DNA of 64,000 nt from Octopus sinensis (Eukaryota). The position numbers were made by a program, and so were the translations under genes. This document shows, piece after piece, positions 13,301 through 26,107 of this stretch. Position 1 is the first letter of the stretch. Each line of letters begins with the position of its first letter. The stretch covers positions 20,398,001-20,462,000 of the forward strand of contig NC_043020.1 in assembly GCF_006345805.1 (NCBI RefSeq), given 5' to 3'. Under the pieces are notes generated by a model. That model saw nothing but the letters and a program-made list of their open reading frames with translations, had not been told where the DNA came from and made no database searches.

Positions 13301-13477
13301 TAAGAAGAAGAAGAACAACAACGGTTTCAAATTTTGGCACAAGGCCAGCAATTTAAAGAAGCCAGGGTATGTCAATTATAGGGACCCCAGTGCTCAGCTG
13401 GTACTTATTTTATCAACCCTGAAACTGAGAACATAATGACAGATGACATGCCACTAAGCATTTTGACTGATGCAGTA

Positions 13478-13995
13478 CCAGGCAGTGGCTCTCGTGGCTT
13501 CTGATCTTAACTGATTGGAAGTGTTAACATGTGCATGTTTTGTCTTGGCATAAAAGATGGGCCACAGCAAATATTCTGCTCAGTACCACAGATTTGCTTG
13601 TTAGTTGTTTGACCTTAACCAGTTGAGTAAGTTCCTTAGTGTCTGATATGTGCATCTCTGATCACAAGCAGGAGTAGTGAGGAGAGCAGCATAGCCATGT
13701 GTTGAGCGGAATTTTTTTGAGATTTGAATAATTCATCTCCGGAAAGGAACATGGATGTTTCATTCATTATACTCAAACAACCTTATTCAGGGACATTTTG
13801 AATGGGATGGGCTACTTGACCTGAATAAAATTCTAACAGGGCCCCACCTGCAAGGCACTGCTTATTTTGATATGAAGTTTTCATGTCATGCACATATGGC
13901 TGAGATACATGTGCCTGGTGTATTCCTATCAGATAGGTAGTCATGATTGATATATTTAGGCTTTGTATATTTGTACCCCAGCATCACTAGGATGG
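13478..13995 (+). repeat. Interspersed repeat, probably the 3' UTR of a non-LTR element
   Basis: Complex non-coding block embedded among SINE fragments. The pattern is recognised from memory as a recurrent cephalopod-type repeat. No second copy in this window. Confidence 0.35.
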
Positions 13996-14289
13996 CATGC
14001 ATTGTTCTTTCTTCTAAATTTGGTACAAGGCAATTTTGAGGGGAGGGGGCTAGTCAATTACATTAACTCTTGTACTTGAGTGGTACTTATTTTTTATCAA
14101 TCCTGAAAGGACAAAAGACAAAAAACAATAAGAACAATTTCTTATAAGAGCACAGGGCTTCAAATTTGGGGGAGTTGATTACATCAACCCCAGCACTTCA
14201 CTGGTACTGCATTTTATTGATTTTGAAAAGATGAAAGATAAAACTGAAATAATAATAAACTGACTATCTACAGAGACTTACAACCATAA

Positions 14290-15322
14290 GTAGACATTGT
14301 GAGAAAGAATCAATGAAGAGAATTAGAAAGTGTAGAAGACTGTGTAGAAGCAAATGCAGAGCTTAAAAAAGTACATTGCTAATAATGAATGATGATGTGA
14401 TTTGATAGCAGTAACAGGAGAGGAGATGTTTGTTGAAGGAAGAGGGAAAAGTGAAGATTTGGAACTAGAAATCAATGATAGCAAACAAAAGTTTAAATGG
14501 TAACTCTTTTCAAAGTACTGAAGGGTATCAAGATCAGAAGTCATTTCAATGGCTGAAGAAGGCAGTTTTAAAGAAAGAGATAGAGGGCTTGATCCTAGCA
14601 ATGTAGGATCAAGTAGTCAAAACAAGATACAGGTGGAAAAATATAAAGAAAAGAACTCTTGATTATGTAGAATGTGTAAAGAAAGATGTTTAGATAGTTG
14701 CACACATAGTCTCTGAATGTACAAACTTGCTCAGAGAATTTATAAGAACTGGAGACATGTGAAAGCTATTTACAATTGTGCACTGGTAAATCTGTTATAA
14801 AATCTAGATTTGTACATGTAGCAAAATGGTAAGATCATAAAATAGATATCCTTGGAAACAACCATGTAAAGGCAATATGAAATGTAATAGAGACAAAATG
14901 GCAAATGGAACATTCACACCCAGATATTGTTGTACTGAATATAGGAGAAAGAGTGTATTGCTTAATTGATGTTGTTTGTTACTTTGATACAAGAATGTGA
15001 GTAAATAGAAAAATACCAGGACCTAATATACAAACATCAGGGAATATGGAATTGCCATGAAGTTATCATAATCCCAATTATAATAGGAGCCTTGGGAACA
15101 TTTGTAAAAAGCTTAAATGGTTGGTTGAAGATGGATACGAAGATGAATTTCCTGATTCTACAGACAGCCTGTTTGCTTGGAACAGCAATGAATATAAGAA
15201 AGAAGCTAACTGCCAAGGGTTGCTAGTTACAGCTTGATATCTAGTAATCCAATACAAAGAGAACTGAGTAAATGAGAGGAATAATAGTAATGCTGAGTGA
15301 ATGAGAGGAACAATAATAATAA
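14290..15322 (+). mobile_element. Older, degenerate R4-like non-LTR element (zinc knuckle + RLE region)
   Basis: Decayed frames CRMCKE..HIVSEC..LAQ..YKNWRH, later KYQDL...IPII.GALG..RKKL. Ends in aataataat. Confidence 0.65.
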
Positions 15323-15329
15323 TGATTTC

Positions 15330-15775
15330 ATTTATTTGTCAGAAGGGTGAAGGACGAGGGGAACAATACAAAGACAGACATAAAGTGTGGGGGTTACATA
15401 TAATGAAATGATAAAAAAAAGGTGGAAAGAAAGTATACACAGTATACACTGAAAAAGAAGGGACACATGCATAGCATACAAAGGTTAAAAAAAATTTTTA
15501 GTGGCAGGGATAGGGATGTGGTCCTCCTGATACAGGAAGGCCTCTAGGGATAATCGAGGAACCCACTGTCCGAGATTTCCCTGAAACCTCAAGAGCAAGT
15601 GTCCTCTCCAATTCCTTCTCTCTGACTCACAGGTCTACACTTCCAAAGTTATCATCCTCTCTTGCCATTTTTGCAACTTTCACCCACCTTTCAATAAACT
15701 CATTCAAGGACAGCACTTCCCTCTCCACTCAATTGCCTTTTCAAGCGAAATTCTTATCACTGCCACCCAGCTGCC
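15330..15775 (-). mobile_element. L1/Tx1-like LINE 3' fragment
   Basis: Minus strand reads ..VEREVLSLNEFIERWVKVAKM.., resembling Tx1-type ORF2 C-termini. Confidence 0.45.
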
Positions 15776-16379
15776 ATCACCACTGTTGACAAAGTAACAG
15801 AAATAGAACACTGAATTCATGCTTTGCAGTATTTACTTTTGGGAAATGGATTAGCAGAATGCCTTATGGTGTTATAGCCATTAATGGAATCCAGCTGAGG
15901 TTAGCTTAAGCCATTTTCATCCTCTTGTGGCTGATATAATGAAGTACCTGTCAAGAACTTGCATCAACCTAATCAACCAGCCTCCTCCACATTTTAGGCC
16001 TTGTGCCTATGCTAGAAACAACTATTATTGTTAGCTGCTGATATTGAGGCAGATATTGTTTACAAATCACTCTTTGCAAGAAAAGGATTTTACTAGTTGG
16101 TACAACAACTCACATACAAAACAGATTGTGGAAGTTTGAAATCTTTCCTTATAAGATTGATAAAAGAAAGAAAATATGGTTAGTAATTGTATTTTTTGGA
16201 CAAAGTTTATTCTTACTTCATTAGTCACACACTGAAAAATAATGAGCCACACCCTACCAAAAAAAACTGAAAATGAACAAAACAACACATTTCACAAACA
16301 CTAAAAAAAAGAAAAGAATAGTAATTTAATTGCTCAGCAACATATTAAAATTAAATATGAATAAAAAGAAAACACTAAT

Positions 16380-17100
16380 ATATAAAAACAAATTTGACAA
16401 TCTTGAATGAGAATGTTGTCAACAGCATCAGCAACAGGCCACATGCATTCTTCATCAAACAAAAATATTTCTGCAATTTTGCATAGCATCAGCACCTTCA
16501 TTAATATTTTAAATAATACAAAATACTCAAACATGAAACTTTTTGCTGAGAAAACGGCAATGTAGATAAGAGAGGTTTTGCAAAATAGCATCTTTCTGCT
16601 TGATGATTGCACACAAGAACAAGCAAAGAAAAAGGCAGTTTGTCTTTGTTCCCTAAAAAACCTCAGAAGATTTCAAATTTTCTTAAAGGAGGAAATGAAC
16701 AATCAAAAGAAACCCTATCAGATATGTGTGAGGGAATTCATCACCTTTGAGAGGAACAATATGTACACATCTGTCATGTGTTGCTTTTGGTATTGAAATG
16801 AGTAAGGCAAACCACCAGAGAAATACAAGAGTAATGATCAAAGGGCATTGGTTACAATATCATTCCTTGGGTTGTTGTAACTTTTGTTTTGCAGTAAAGG
16901 CAGGTGATTAATACAAAGGAGGATATGCAGGCAGGAGGAATTAAAATGAACTTACAATAACTCATGAACCCTGTCAAATCACTGAACCATACCAAAAATG
17001 CTTCATGTTGTGGGTGCAGAAACCAAAAACATGATACTCATGATGCAAAGCAAAAGATTTAGTAGCTGTATTTGAAAAACAAGGGACTTTTGCCGTAAGA
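16380..17100 (+). mobile_element. Possible Helitron N-terminal relic
   Basis: Broken frames FC*ENGNV, LFPKKPQKISNFLKGGNEQSK and SCVAFG..RVMIKG..YHSLG loosely match the pre-Rep region of Helitrons. Many stops. Confidence 0.35.
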
Positions 17101-17269
17101 CTTGTATTTGTCTATGTCATTTATATACATGCCACTATCCACTTTGAGTTATTTCCCTTAGTTCATTTCTGTTTAAATGGCACAAATTACTTAGGCCATA
17201 AATATGTTCTACTTTTTTTGCATAAGTCTATGTCCCTTCGTTACTAGAGATAGGGCTGGACAATTGCCG

Positions 17270-17306
17270 TGCTGATGATGGTCATTAAGCCAGAAACATG
17301 TGTCCA
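17270..17306 (+). ncRNA. Degenerate minimal hammerhead motif
   Basis: TG CTGATGA TGG TCATTAAG CCA GAAA CATGTG TC CA. Intact core, 3-bp stem II, GUC triplet, but only 2 bp of stem I. Confidence 0.45.
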
Positions 17307-17326
17307 AAGCTGTCTTTTTCCTTTAA

Positions 17327-17547
17327 TCCATTAGTGCTGAGATTACTCTGTCAAATGTAATGTGTTTTTATTCAAACTGTTTTGAATTAATTATGCATTA
17401 TATCATAGCTATGAGGTTTTGATGGTGTGATTGTTTATTTTTATAATGTTAGTGTAGGTTAGATGTGAGAGGTTGAGATATAGCCAGTTTGAATGTAAAA
17501 CATGTTGAATATTTGAGCTAGATTTGGTCAGTTTAAATGCTAAAAGG
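17327..17547 (-). mobile_element. piggyBac-type MITE copy (TTAA-flanked)
   Basis: Reverse-orientation homolog of 41666-41884, with TTAA at 17323-17326 and 17548-17551. Confidence 0.65.
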
Positions 17548-17804
17548 TTAAGGCACATTGATTTAGGAGAATCTTGATTCTTGAAATTATCTTCCCTTCT
17601 CATATGGCACTGGTCTTAATTGCTATTTAGTAATTTTCTCTACCTCTAGAGTATGCATCAATATCCTCTAACATCTAGAGCAGAGATAATTTTAATAAAT
17701 CAAAAAATTTATGAGGTATAGTATTTGATACACCTGTATCAGTCTCTGTCTGTTTGTTTGTTTCTCTCTCTTTCTCCACATACACACACATACATACTCT
17801 TACT

Positions 17805-17925
17805 CTTTTTACTTGTTTCAGTCATTTGACTGCGGCCATGCTGGAGGACCACCTTTAGTCGAGCAAATCGAACCCGGGACTTATTCTTTGTAAGCCTAGT
17901 ACTTATTCTATCAGTCTCTTTTGCT
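17805..17925 (-). mobile_element. SINE 3' body fragment
   Basis: Matches 4010-4130 in reverse complement. Confidence 0.85.
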
Positions 17926-18245
17926 ATCAAAGATGAAAGGTATCAAAAATCCAAAGAGGATTTCCTATGGGCTAAATATAACTGTAAGAGCAAACAGTTT
18001 CAGAGAAGCTATCTATGAATTAGCAAAAGTGAAGTTTCATTGTTAAAACATAAAATCTATAAAATAAATATGTGTGTGTGTGTGTGTGTTTCCCTCTCTC
18101 TGGTTTTGCACTGACAACCATTTGGGCAGCAGTGATGTCCCTATATTGTTCATTAACAAAAATGTCTGGCAGCTCAGCAAAGTACCTGGCCATAGAACAT
18201 AAAAAATATGGATATAAAATGATGATAATCACATTTCCACATGCG

Positions 18246-18298
<53 letters not shown>

Positions 18299-18598
18299 CT
18301 ATATACATATAGATACAATTGAGAAACAGTTTAAAAGTAAAGGATATTATAGATAAAGACTTCTAGCTGTGAATTCTAGCAGGAAGACAATGAAAACAAG
18401 GGGACACACACACACAGTGTGGAGAAGAGGAGAATGAACAAGGGCAGAATGGAGAAAGAGAGGAGAGAAAGGAGAGGGTCCAGAAGAAAGGAAAGAGGAA
18501 TCCATGACATATCAGATCAGCCATAGCTCAGCTTTTAATAGACAATGGATCAATCTCTTTATGGCTATTAAATCCTTAATGTTCCTTCTCTTCCTCCT

Positions 18599-18630
<32 letters not shown>

Positions 18631-20589
18631 GCAGACAGAAAAGTCAAAGAATTCCAAAGAGAGCTACTGAGGAGAACAGACAAGATAAATCTTCTGATAT
18701 GTTAATGCCATTGATGGAACCACCAATAATATACCATCTCCTGCCCACACCTCACAGTGCTGCTACAATACAAAAACAATAGAAAGAAACAATAACCCTT
18801 TGAAATGTGAAATTAACAATGGTTTTTCTCATTATATTTGTTATGGAAGTGGCAGACATTATCATTAGAATTGTGGATGGAAAGAGAGAAGACTGATGGC
18901 ATGGATTGTAACTATGGTACAATACACGTGTACATACATATGTGCATGTATGTGTGTGCGTGTGTATGTATATATATGTGCAAGCATGGACAACGGATGT
19001 TAAATGATGATGAAAATGATATATATAAATATATATCATCATCATCATCATCATTTAATATATATTACACAGAAACACACACATGCACACTCTTTATCTC
19101 TCCCAATTTTTAGGGAAGTGGAGTTAATATTTTGAATTCTGATTATAAAACTGATCTTTGTCAACAGGAAAACTTGAGGTACCAGAGAAATAAAAGTTCT
19201 ATTAATTAAAAGGAGTGTGTGTGTGTACACACACACACACACACACTCCTGTGAATATGACCACAGATGAATATATACCTATATGCTAGCAACAGTACCT
19301 AGCCCAACACTTGTTTATTAAGAACAGTAATTAATAAATAAAAATGTACAAAATACTGAACCTGAAATACAGTTTAACTCTTACATTCTTTTTTGTTTAT
19401 TGAAAACATCTTTTTCCTTTCTCAAAATATCTACATAAATATTCTACATAGATATTTCTAATCAGTAACTTTTCCAGTATTTATTGATGTATTTTTATGA
19501 TGAATGAAAGAACAAGGCAGAATGAGATGATATGGGAGAGAAAGGGATCAGTCATAGCTTTTTTTTTTTGTGTCTGGAGCTAAAAGACCAAATTTCAGAG
19601 TAATCATCCTATGACCTGATTGAAAAGACTTGCCCTTATGATACAATATTTCAGCGACCTACATACAATACCAGTGTCTACAACTTGGAATATTCATTCA
19701 CTCATATGTATTAAGAAAATATCTAAAAAGATATATAGTCCAATAGATGCTTCACACACAAACACTACATCAATTTTGAAGCAGTTTTGTGCTTCCTATT
19801 TTATGGATTTCAGACTTAAATGATGCTATCTTTATAACTTTAAAAGTTTGGTGTAATGTCAGAGGGGAACAGTTTCATAAGTTTTAGTATCTGCTCTTCT
19901 TCCCCGCAGTTTGCTTTTTAGCAAGTTTACTACTTCCAAGAAAGTTTTGTAAAAGTAACTAATGCAGTTTGTTTAGAATCATTGTACATACTTTTCAAGA
20001 ACTATTGGTTTACTGTTAAGTTTAAACCCATTTTACCTACAGCAGTAACTTACATCAAACAGTAGGGGCTGATAAAATTGTTTGCACATGAGATAAAATG
20101 ACTAGTGACATTTAGTTAAGGTCCTTTACAATCTGAGTTCAAATCCTACTGGAGTCGACTTTTATACAAAAATGACAAAAACATGCAATCAAATAGCAGT
20201 ATCGAACCTGAAAACGTTCAAACAAAAGAAGTGCTTGTACTTGTTCTGTGAAAGACAATTGTTCTTAGTTGCCTGGATGATTCCATCCTTCTGTAGTTGA
20301 TAAAATAAAGTACTAATTATTCTTATAATGCTTGAGATGTCAATGAAATTATAATAGAGGATAAGTCAATTTTCATTTGGCAATGCAATTGATGATTGCC
20401 ACTCCTCTCAGTAAAAGTGCTACACTGAAGAGTTAAGCTGGTTTACTTATTTGCTTTTGTATCAACAAGTAGAGAGAATAATATTAATTTTTTCTGAGAA
20501 AAAAAATATTTCAAAATTACAACAGATATGCAAATACTTATGCATAACCTTATATACACATTTAATCATGTGTGTGAGCATGCATGCAT

Positions 20590-21008
20590 GTCATCATCGT
20601 CATTATAACATCCACTTTTCTATGCCTGCATGGGTCAGACAGGATTTGCTGAGGTGGATTTTTTTATAACCAGATGCCCATTCTGTCACCAACCCTCTCC
20701 AGTTTCAAAGCAAGGCAATATTTCCTGATAACTAGACATACTTCCATGCAAGTCTGAAAATGAAGGACACTGCATGCATAATGGTGACACTCATTTACAA
20801 CTATCACACGATATAAAGGCAACACACACATGCACTCACTCATACACACACACAACAGGTTTCTTCCAGTTTCTATCTACCAAATTCACCCCTGAGGCTT
20901 TGGTTGATCTAGGGTTATTGTAGAAGACACTTAATAAATGTACAGTAGGACTGAACCCAAAAGCATGTGGTTGGGAAATAAACTTCTTATCATACAGCAA
21001 CACCTGTG

Positions 21009-21010
<2 letters not shown>
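20590..21010 (-). mobile_element. tRNA-derived SINE of a second subfamily with an RTE-like 3' tail
   Basis: tRNA-like head at the 21010 end, body homologous to 25093-25526 and 38225-38625, tail catcatcgtcattataacatccac. Confidence 0.7.
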
Positions 21011-21060
<50 letters not shown>

Positions 21061-21094
21061 TGTGTGTGTGTGAGTGTGTGTGTGACTGTCGTCT

Positions 21095-21865
21095 CAATTA
21101 TGCAAAAAAGGGAAATAACAATGACATCACATTTTAAAAGATATATTTATCAAAATTACATAAAAATACTAAAAAATTGAAATACTAAAGAGTAAATTTA
21201 TTCAATAAAATCACCATTGGCTTCAACCATGGCCTCCAAATGACTTCAGAATCTCCTGCAACTCTTCTGGATAGTCTCCTTGTTTAAGTTGCTGAATGCT
21301 GCCATAATCCTTGCCTTCAGTTCCTCTTTGGTATTACAAGGAGTTTTGTTGGTCTCTTGCTCAATTGTGCCCACGCATAATAATCAAGGGGGATTGCAGC
21401 CTGGGAAGTTAGGTGGCCAGGTGTTAGGGGTGGTATGGTCACAGAAATTGTCTGACAGCCACGACTGAGTTCCCCTGCTTCTGTGGCATGGTGCAGATTC
21501 CTGTTGTCAGACATAGGGTCTTCCAGTAGCCACCCTCTTCACCCTGGGCAGAACTACCACCTCCAGGCACCTGATGTAGGCCTCCATGCTGAATCTGAGG
21601 CCGTGTGGGAAGATAAATGGAAACATAACATTGCCATCACTAGTGATCAATCCAAACACCATGATGTTGACTGGATGTTTGATTTTTATCACTCTCAATA
21701 CATGTCCTCAGATTGACACACAAACACTCTGAAATGATCATATTGGAGCTTCTGGTGCTAATGCTAAGCAGTACAGCATGTCGTTTCCAAATTTCCAGCA
21801 GAGTGAATTGCGTCAAGGTGCTGATTTTCACGCAGACAATGCCCAGTTGACCCTATTATACTGTG
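21095..21865 (-). mobile_element. Tc1/mariner superfamily (maT/DD37D-like) transposase relic
   Basis: KHPVNIMVFGLITSDG..PFIFP.GL, then (W)QQESAPCH, WPP..P.CNPLDYY.W and ..RF*SHLEAMVEANG. TIRs not resolved. Confidence 0.8.
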
Positions 21866-21966
21866 TAGTGAACAAAATCAAAAACAAACAATGTGCATGT
21901 GTGAAATTAAAAATATAAATGGCAACAATTTACCCATTGCCCCATATATATATATATATTATATAT

Positions 21967-22015
<49 letters not shown>

Positions 22016-22023
22016 TATATATA

Positions 22024-22430
22024 TCTTTTACTCTTTTACTTGTTTCAGTCATTTGACTGCGGCCATGCCGAAGCACAGGCTTTAGTTGAGCAACTCGACC
22101 CCAGGACTTATTCTTTTTGTAAGCCCAGTACTTATTCTATCGGTCTCTTTTTGCCGAATCGCTAGGTGACGGGGACGTAAACACACCAGCATCGGTTGTC
22201 AAGCAATGCTAGGAGAACAAACACAGACACACAAACACACACATACATATATATATATACATATATACGACAGGCTTCTTTCAGTTTCCGTCTACCAAAT
22301 CCACTCACAAGGCATTGGTCGGCCCGGGGCTATAGCAGAAGACACTTGCCCAAGATGCCACGCAGTGGGACTGAACCCGGAACCATGTGGTTGGTTAGCA
22401 AGCTACTTACCACACAGCCACTCCTGCGCC
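22024..22430 (-). mobile_element. tRNA-derived SINE, full length, young
   Basis: Near-identical reverse complement of 3725-4130. Confidence 0.9.
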
Positions 22431-22431
22431 T

Positions 22432-22745
22432 ATTTATTCTTTTACTTGTTTCAATCAGCTGACTGTGGTCATGATGGAGCTCTTCCCCGAAGGCTTTTAG
22501 TCGAACAATTAACCCTAACCCAAATCAACCCCAGGACTTTTTTAAGTCTAGTACTTATTCTATCAGTCTCTTTTGCCAAACCACTAAGTTATGAGGACAT
22601 AAACACACCAACACTGGTTGTCAAGCAGTGGTGGGGGACAAACACAGACACAAATACATATACATAGATATATACTCCATCTATCAAATCCACTCACACG
22701 GCTTTGGTCAGCCCAAAGAAACTGGGTAGACAGAAACTGTACGGA
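22432..22745 (-). mobile_element. Older SINE copy of the same family, adjacent
   Basis: Diverged match to the same 3' body and central region. Confidence 0.75.
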
Positions 22746-22930
22746 GCCCCCCTCCCCACCTAGGTTGGATTGTACCAGTAATTGAAAAAGAAATGACATG
22801 TCAGACTGTGCATGAGAATTATGTTAGATGCACATGTGTTTGTGGAATAGTCTGTCACGTACAATGAGCTGGTAACCCAGATGATCAAACAGCTGAATCC
22901 TTTCTACTGAAACTGACAGAGCCATTCATA

Positions 22931-22965
<35 letters not shown>

Positions 22966-24225
22966 ACACACACACACACCAATACATAGGAAGAGTGGAC
23001 ACATGCATTTAAAGTTAGTTAAGTAAGAGTCAGAAATCAATCCTGACCCCATATTTTCCCAGTTATAATCTAATAATATTTCATCTATTCAGTTTCATTT
23101 GCTCCTTAATCTTTGCTGAATCTTTCAAATTTTGACTTTTCAGCATTATCACCACCACTACCACAAGTACAGACATTATTACCATCACTACCACCACCAG
23201 CAATGGCATAGCCATTACTTCTACCACCATCACCACCACCACCACCACTACTAATCTAATTTGAGACAAAAAGATGTGTATTTGATGTACATGAATGGGA
23301 ACACAATGTTTTATCCTTGGGGGAGTTTTATGAATTCTGTATTAGACTGGGATAGAGGAGTTACTGTGCACACAGCCATCACTCCACACCTCCTCCCAAT
23401 GTCAGCTTTCCCCATTATGTCCCCCACCCACGTATTTCCTCACCACCATCAATACTCTCTTACCCTGCTTAATCGCCTCCTGACTCAGTGGTATTGAACC
23501 GCGCACACACACACACAAAGATGCACAAACATTATGAAGAGATATCAGATGGTGTGACAATGTTTGTGACCATGGAACAGTGAATGCTCACTGCACATCA
23601 CATTATATTCCCTGGCTGAAGGTGTGTGTGTGTGTGTGTGTGTGTACAGTGGTTGGCTGATATTTCTGTTGTCAACAGAGAGAAGATATCTGGGGGTCAG
23701 TTGTGAGAGATCGGCAGGCTGTGTTTGATGCATTGTGTTAGAAATGTTAGACTACATATGACTATCACACACACACACACAAAGTAGTAAGTAGAAAGAC
23801 AGAAAGTAATTTTTTTTAAACAAAGGTAGTGGGATAAATATGGATTTATAAAATATGGACTGCAAATATAGATTCAAGTGAGGGATGTTGTTTAACTACA
23901 GGTTTGCTCTCACTGAGTAGACCTGTGATCAAAGATATTGAAACCATGACCATTTCATCATTTTAAAGCTTACTGAATATTATTATCTAACGAACTCTTT
24001 CATTTTTAAGACAGTAGGGTATGATTTAAAAGAGACTTGGCTGCCATTTCTAGCAGCAGATTGAATAGAGGGTCCTTTGGGAATTTTGTACATGAAATTA
24101 AGTATTCAGATACATCTAAGTTGGATCACTACATATATTTTATGTGACACCTCATGTCTCTCTCTCATTCACATATATATTTGTACACACACACACACAC
24201 ACATATATATACATACATACACATA

Positions 24226-24451
24226 CACTGGCCAAAATAAATTTTAGACTGATGATGACAGTTCTATTCTTTCATTAATATATTTTTAACAAAACTGTAT
24301 AAAATTATTTTACTTTTTACAGTTGAAGTAGAATTTTTTTCTCTTTCGAATGATATAGGTGTTATATATCTTTCTATAACTCGAATAATTTTAATGTGCA
24401 ATTAATTCAAATGATTAAAAATTGTCAGCAAAACATTTTGTTTGACCAGTG
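24226..24451. mobile_element. Tc1-like MITE (226 bp) with TA target duplication
   Basis: TA|CACTGGCCAAAATAAATT at the left end and AACATTTTGTTTGACCAGTG|TA at the right end form imperfect TIRs. Confidence 0.7.
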
Positions 24452-24627
24452 TATACACCCCCCACCCACATGCACAGCAATAAACTACAGGACTCAACAT
24501 GGATGTGGAGTATTCTTTAATACATTATAACTGAAAGGCTCTGATTTCCAGTACTCTGAGTTGTTTGTTTCCAATCATTAAGCTAGTGAACCAAATCTCA
24601 ATTCCTTTTGAATACATTCTTTATTTT

Positions 24628-24950
24628 CATGTTCAGTTATGATAAAAACATTTTAACACTAATCTGATGGCTTACTCTATACTTTTGTACAAATTTATTT
24701 CTCTTAAGCAAGAATATTATTGACAGTGACTTTGAAGTTTTGTTCAGCTAAGCCACTGTCTGATGATGCCTGGGATGGCCAAATTTTCAAAGTCTTTGTC
24801 AATAATATTCTTGTTTAAGAATGTATGCTTGTATGTATGTACATATGTATATATGATAATTTTCACAAGGAAATGTGACTTCAAATTTTGGGTTACTCAC
24901 CTTCAGCAGTCTGATGAAGGCGAGCAGGTTGAAATTTTGAACTCAGTCAA
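24628..24950 (+). mobile_element. HHR-bearing non-coding repeat, copy A (hairpin 24702-24820 plus second HHR-like motif at 24907-24945)
   Basis: ~40-bp inverted arms around CTGATGA (24760-24766). Second core CTGATGA AGGC GAGCAG GTT GAAA at 24911-24934. Homologous to 26108-26370. Confidence 0.65.
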
Positions 24951-25060
24951 CCTTTTCATTAGAGAGGTTAATAAATGTGTACTCTATTGAAAAATATTGA
25001 GTAATCTTTCAGTAGAATGTTAAATTGTTTTTATAAGTAACTTCACATAAAAAACCCCTC

Positions 25061-25092
<32 letters not shown>

Positions 25093-25099
<7 letters not shown>

Positions 25100-25526
25100 C
25101 TATGGCTGTGAGCTTAACAAGCTTGCTTCCTAACTATGCAATCTTAGATTCAGTCCCACAGCACAGCACCTCAGGCAAGTGTCTTCCACTGCAGTTTTGG
25201 GGAGATCAAAAGTTTATGAGAGGATTTCATTGATAGAAAACTAAAGGAAGCCAGTCATATATGTGTGTGGGTGTCTGTGTGTAATAATGTGTACCTTTGT
25301 CTAAATGTCACATGATTGATGAAAATGAGTACCATCATAACACAAGTGAAGTTGTTCACTTCCAGCCTTTGGTGACAAACTGTCAGACAATGGGAAAATA
25401 TTACTTTGCTAGGAAACAGGTGAGGGTTGGTGGCAGAAAGAGCATACAACTGTAGAAAATCTGCCTCAACAAATTCCACCTGACCCAAGCAAGTATGGAA
25501 AAGTAGACAGTAAATTATGATGATGA
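25093..25526 (+). mobile_element. tRNA-derived SINE (second subfamily) with RTE-like (GAT)n tail
   Basis: Head ggtgcagctatggctgtg...gattcagtccca; tail caagtatggaaaagtagac.gtaaattatgatgatga. Confidence 0.75.
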
Positions 25527-25955
25527 ATAGAATCCACACATTTTTTCCCTCTCTCTGTTTTTTTCTTTTGAAGAGTGTAGGCTTGAAAGGTCAAAGACTT
25601 TTTCATTCTTCCTGAGCGTTAAACTAGTATCCCTACTTGTTGTTCTTTCACCTGTCTTTGTCTTTTGTTTTATGTAAATTTGAACCATACACATTGCATG
25701 CACACGCGCACACACACGTACACAGTTATATGTTGATAAGCCACAAAAATGGTGAAGTATCTGTATCCATCACACCTGAATTCAATTGGAGGTGTGTTTT
25801 CTCATCTGTCTATGACTTTCAGGTGTTTTAACACCCAATGTTACGAGGGAGTCATCCCTCAAGCACTATAGCACAATGAACCGGTGAACAAAACACACTA
25901 TGTGTTGTCAATAATGTTTACAACACTACCACTACTTTAATTTGATATTGAATGA

Positions 25956-25959
<4 letters not shown>

Positions 25960-26012
<53 letters not shown>

Positions 26013-26026
26013 CACATACATATATG

Positions 26027-26060
<34 letters not shown>

Positions 26061-26062
26061 TA
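25960..26062. repeat. (TA)n/(TATG)n microsatellite
   Basis: Direct reading. Confidence 0.95.
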
Positions 26063-26107
26063 TGGCTAAATTTATAGACAATCTTTAGGTATATATCTGT
26101 GTAGTAA

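Noticed and set aside
18630-18785. Possible host exon after a (CT)n polypyrimidine tract
   Set aside because: The tract is a microsatellite. No donor site, homology or neighbouring exons support it.
24660-24695. CTGATGGCTTACTC(GAAAC) upstream of the hairpin (also 26145-26170)
   Set aside because: Lacks A9 and a credible stem II, and GAAA is present in only one copy.
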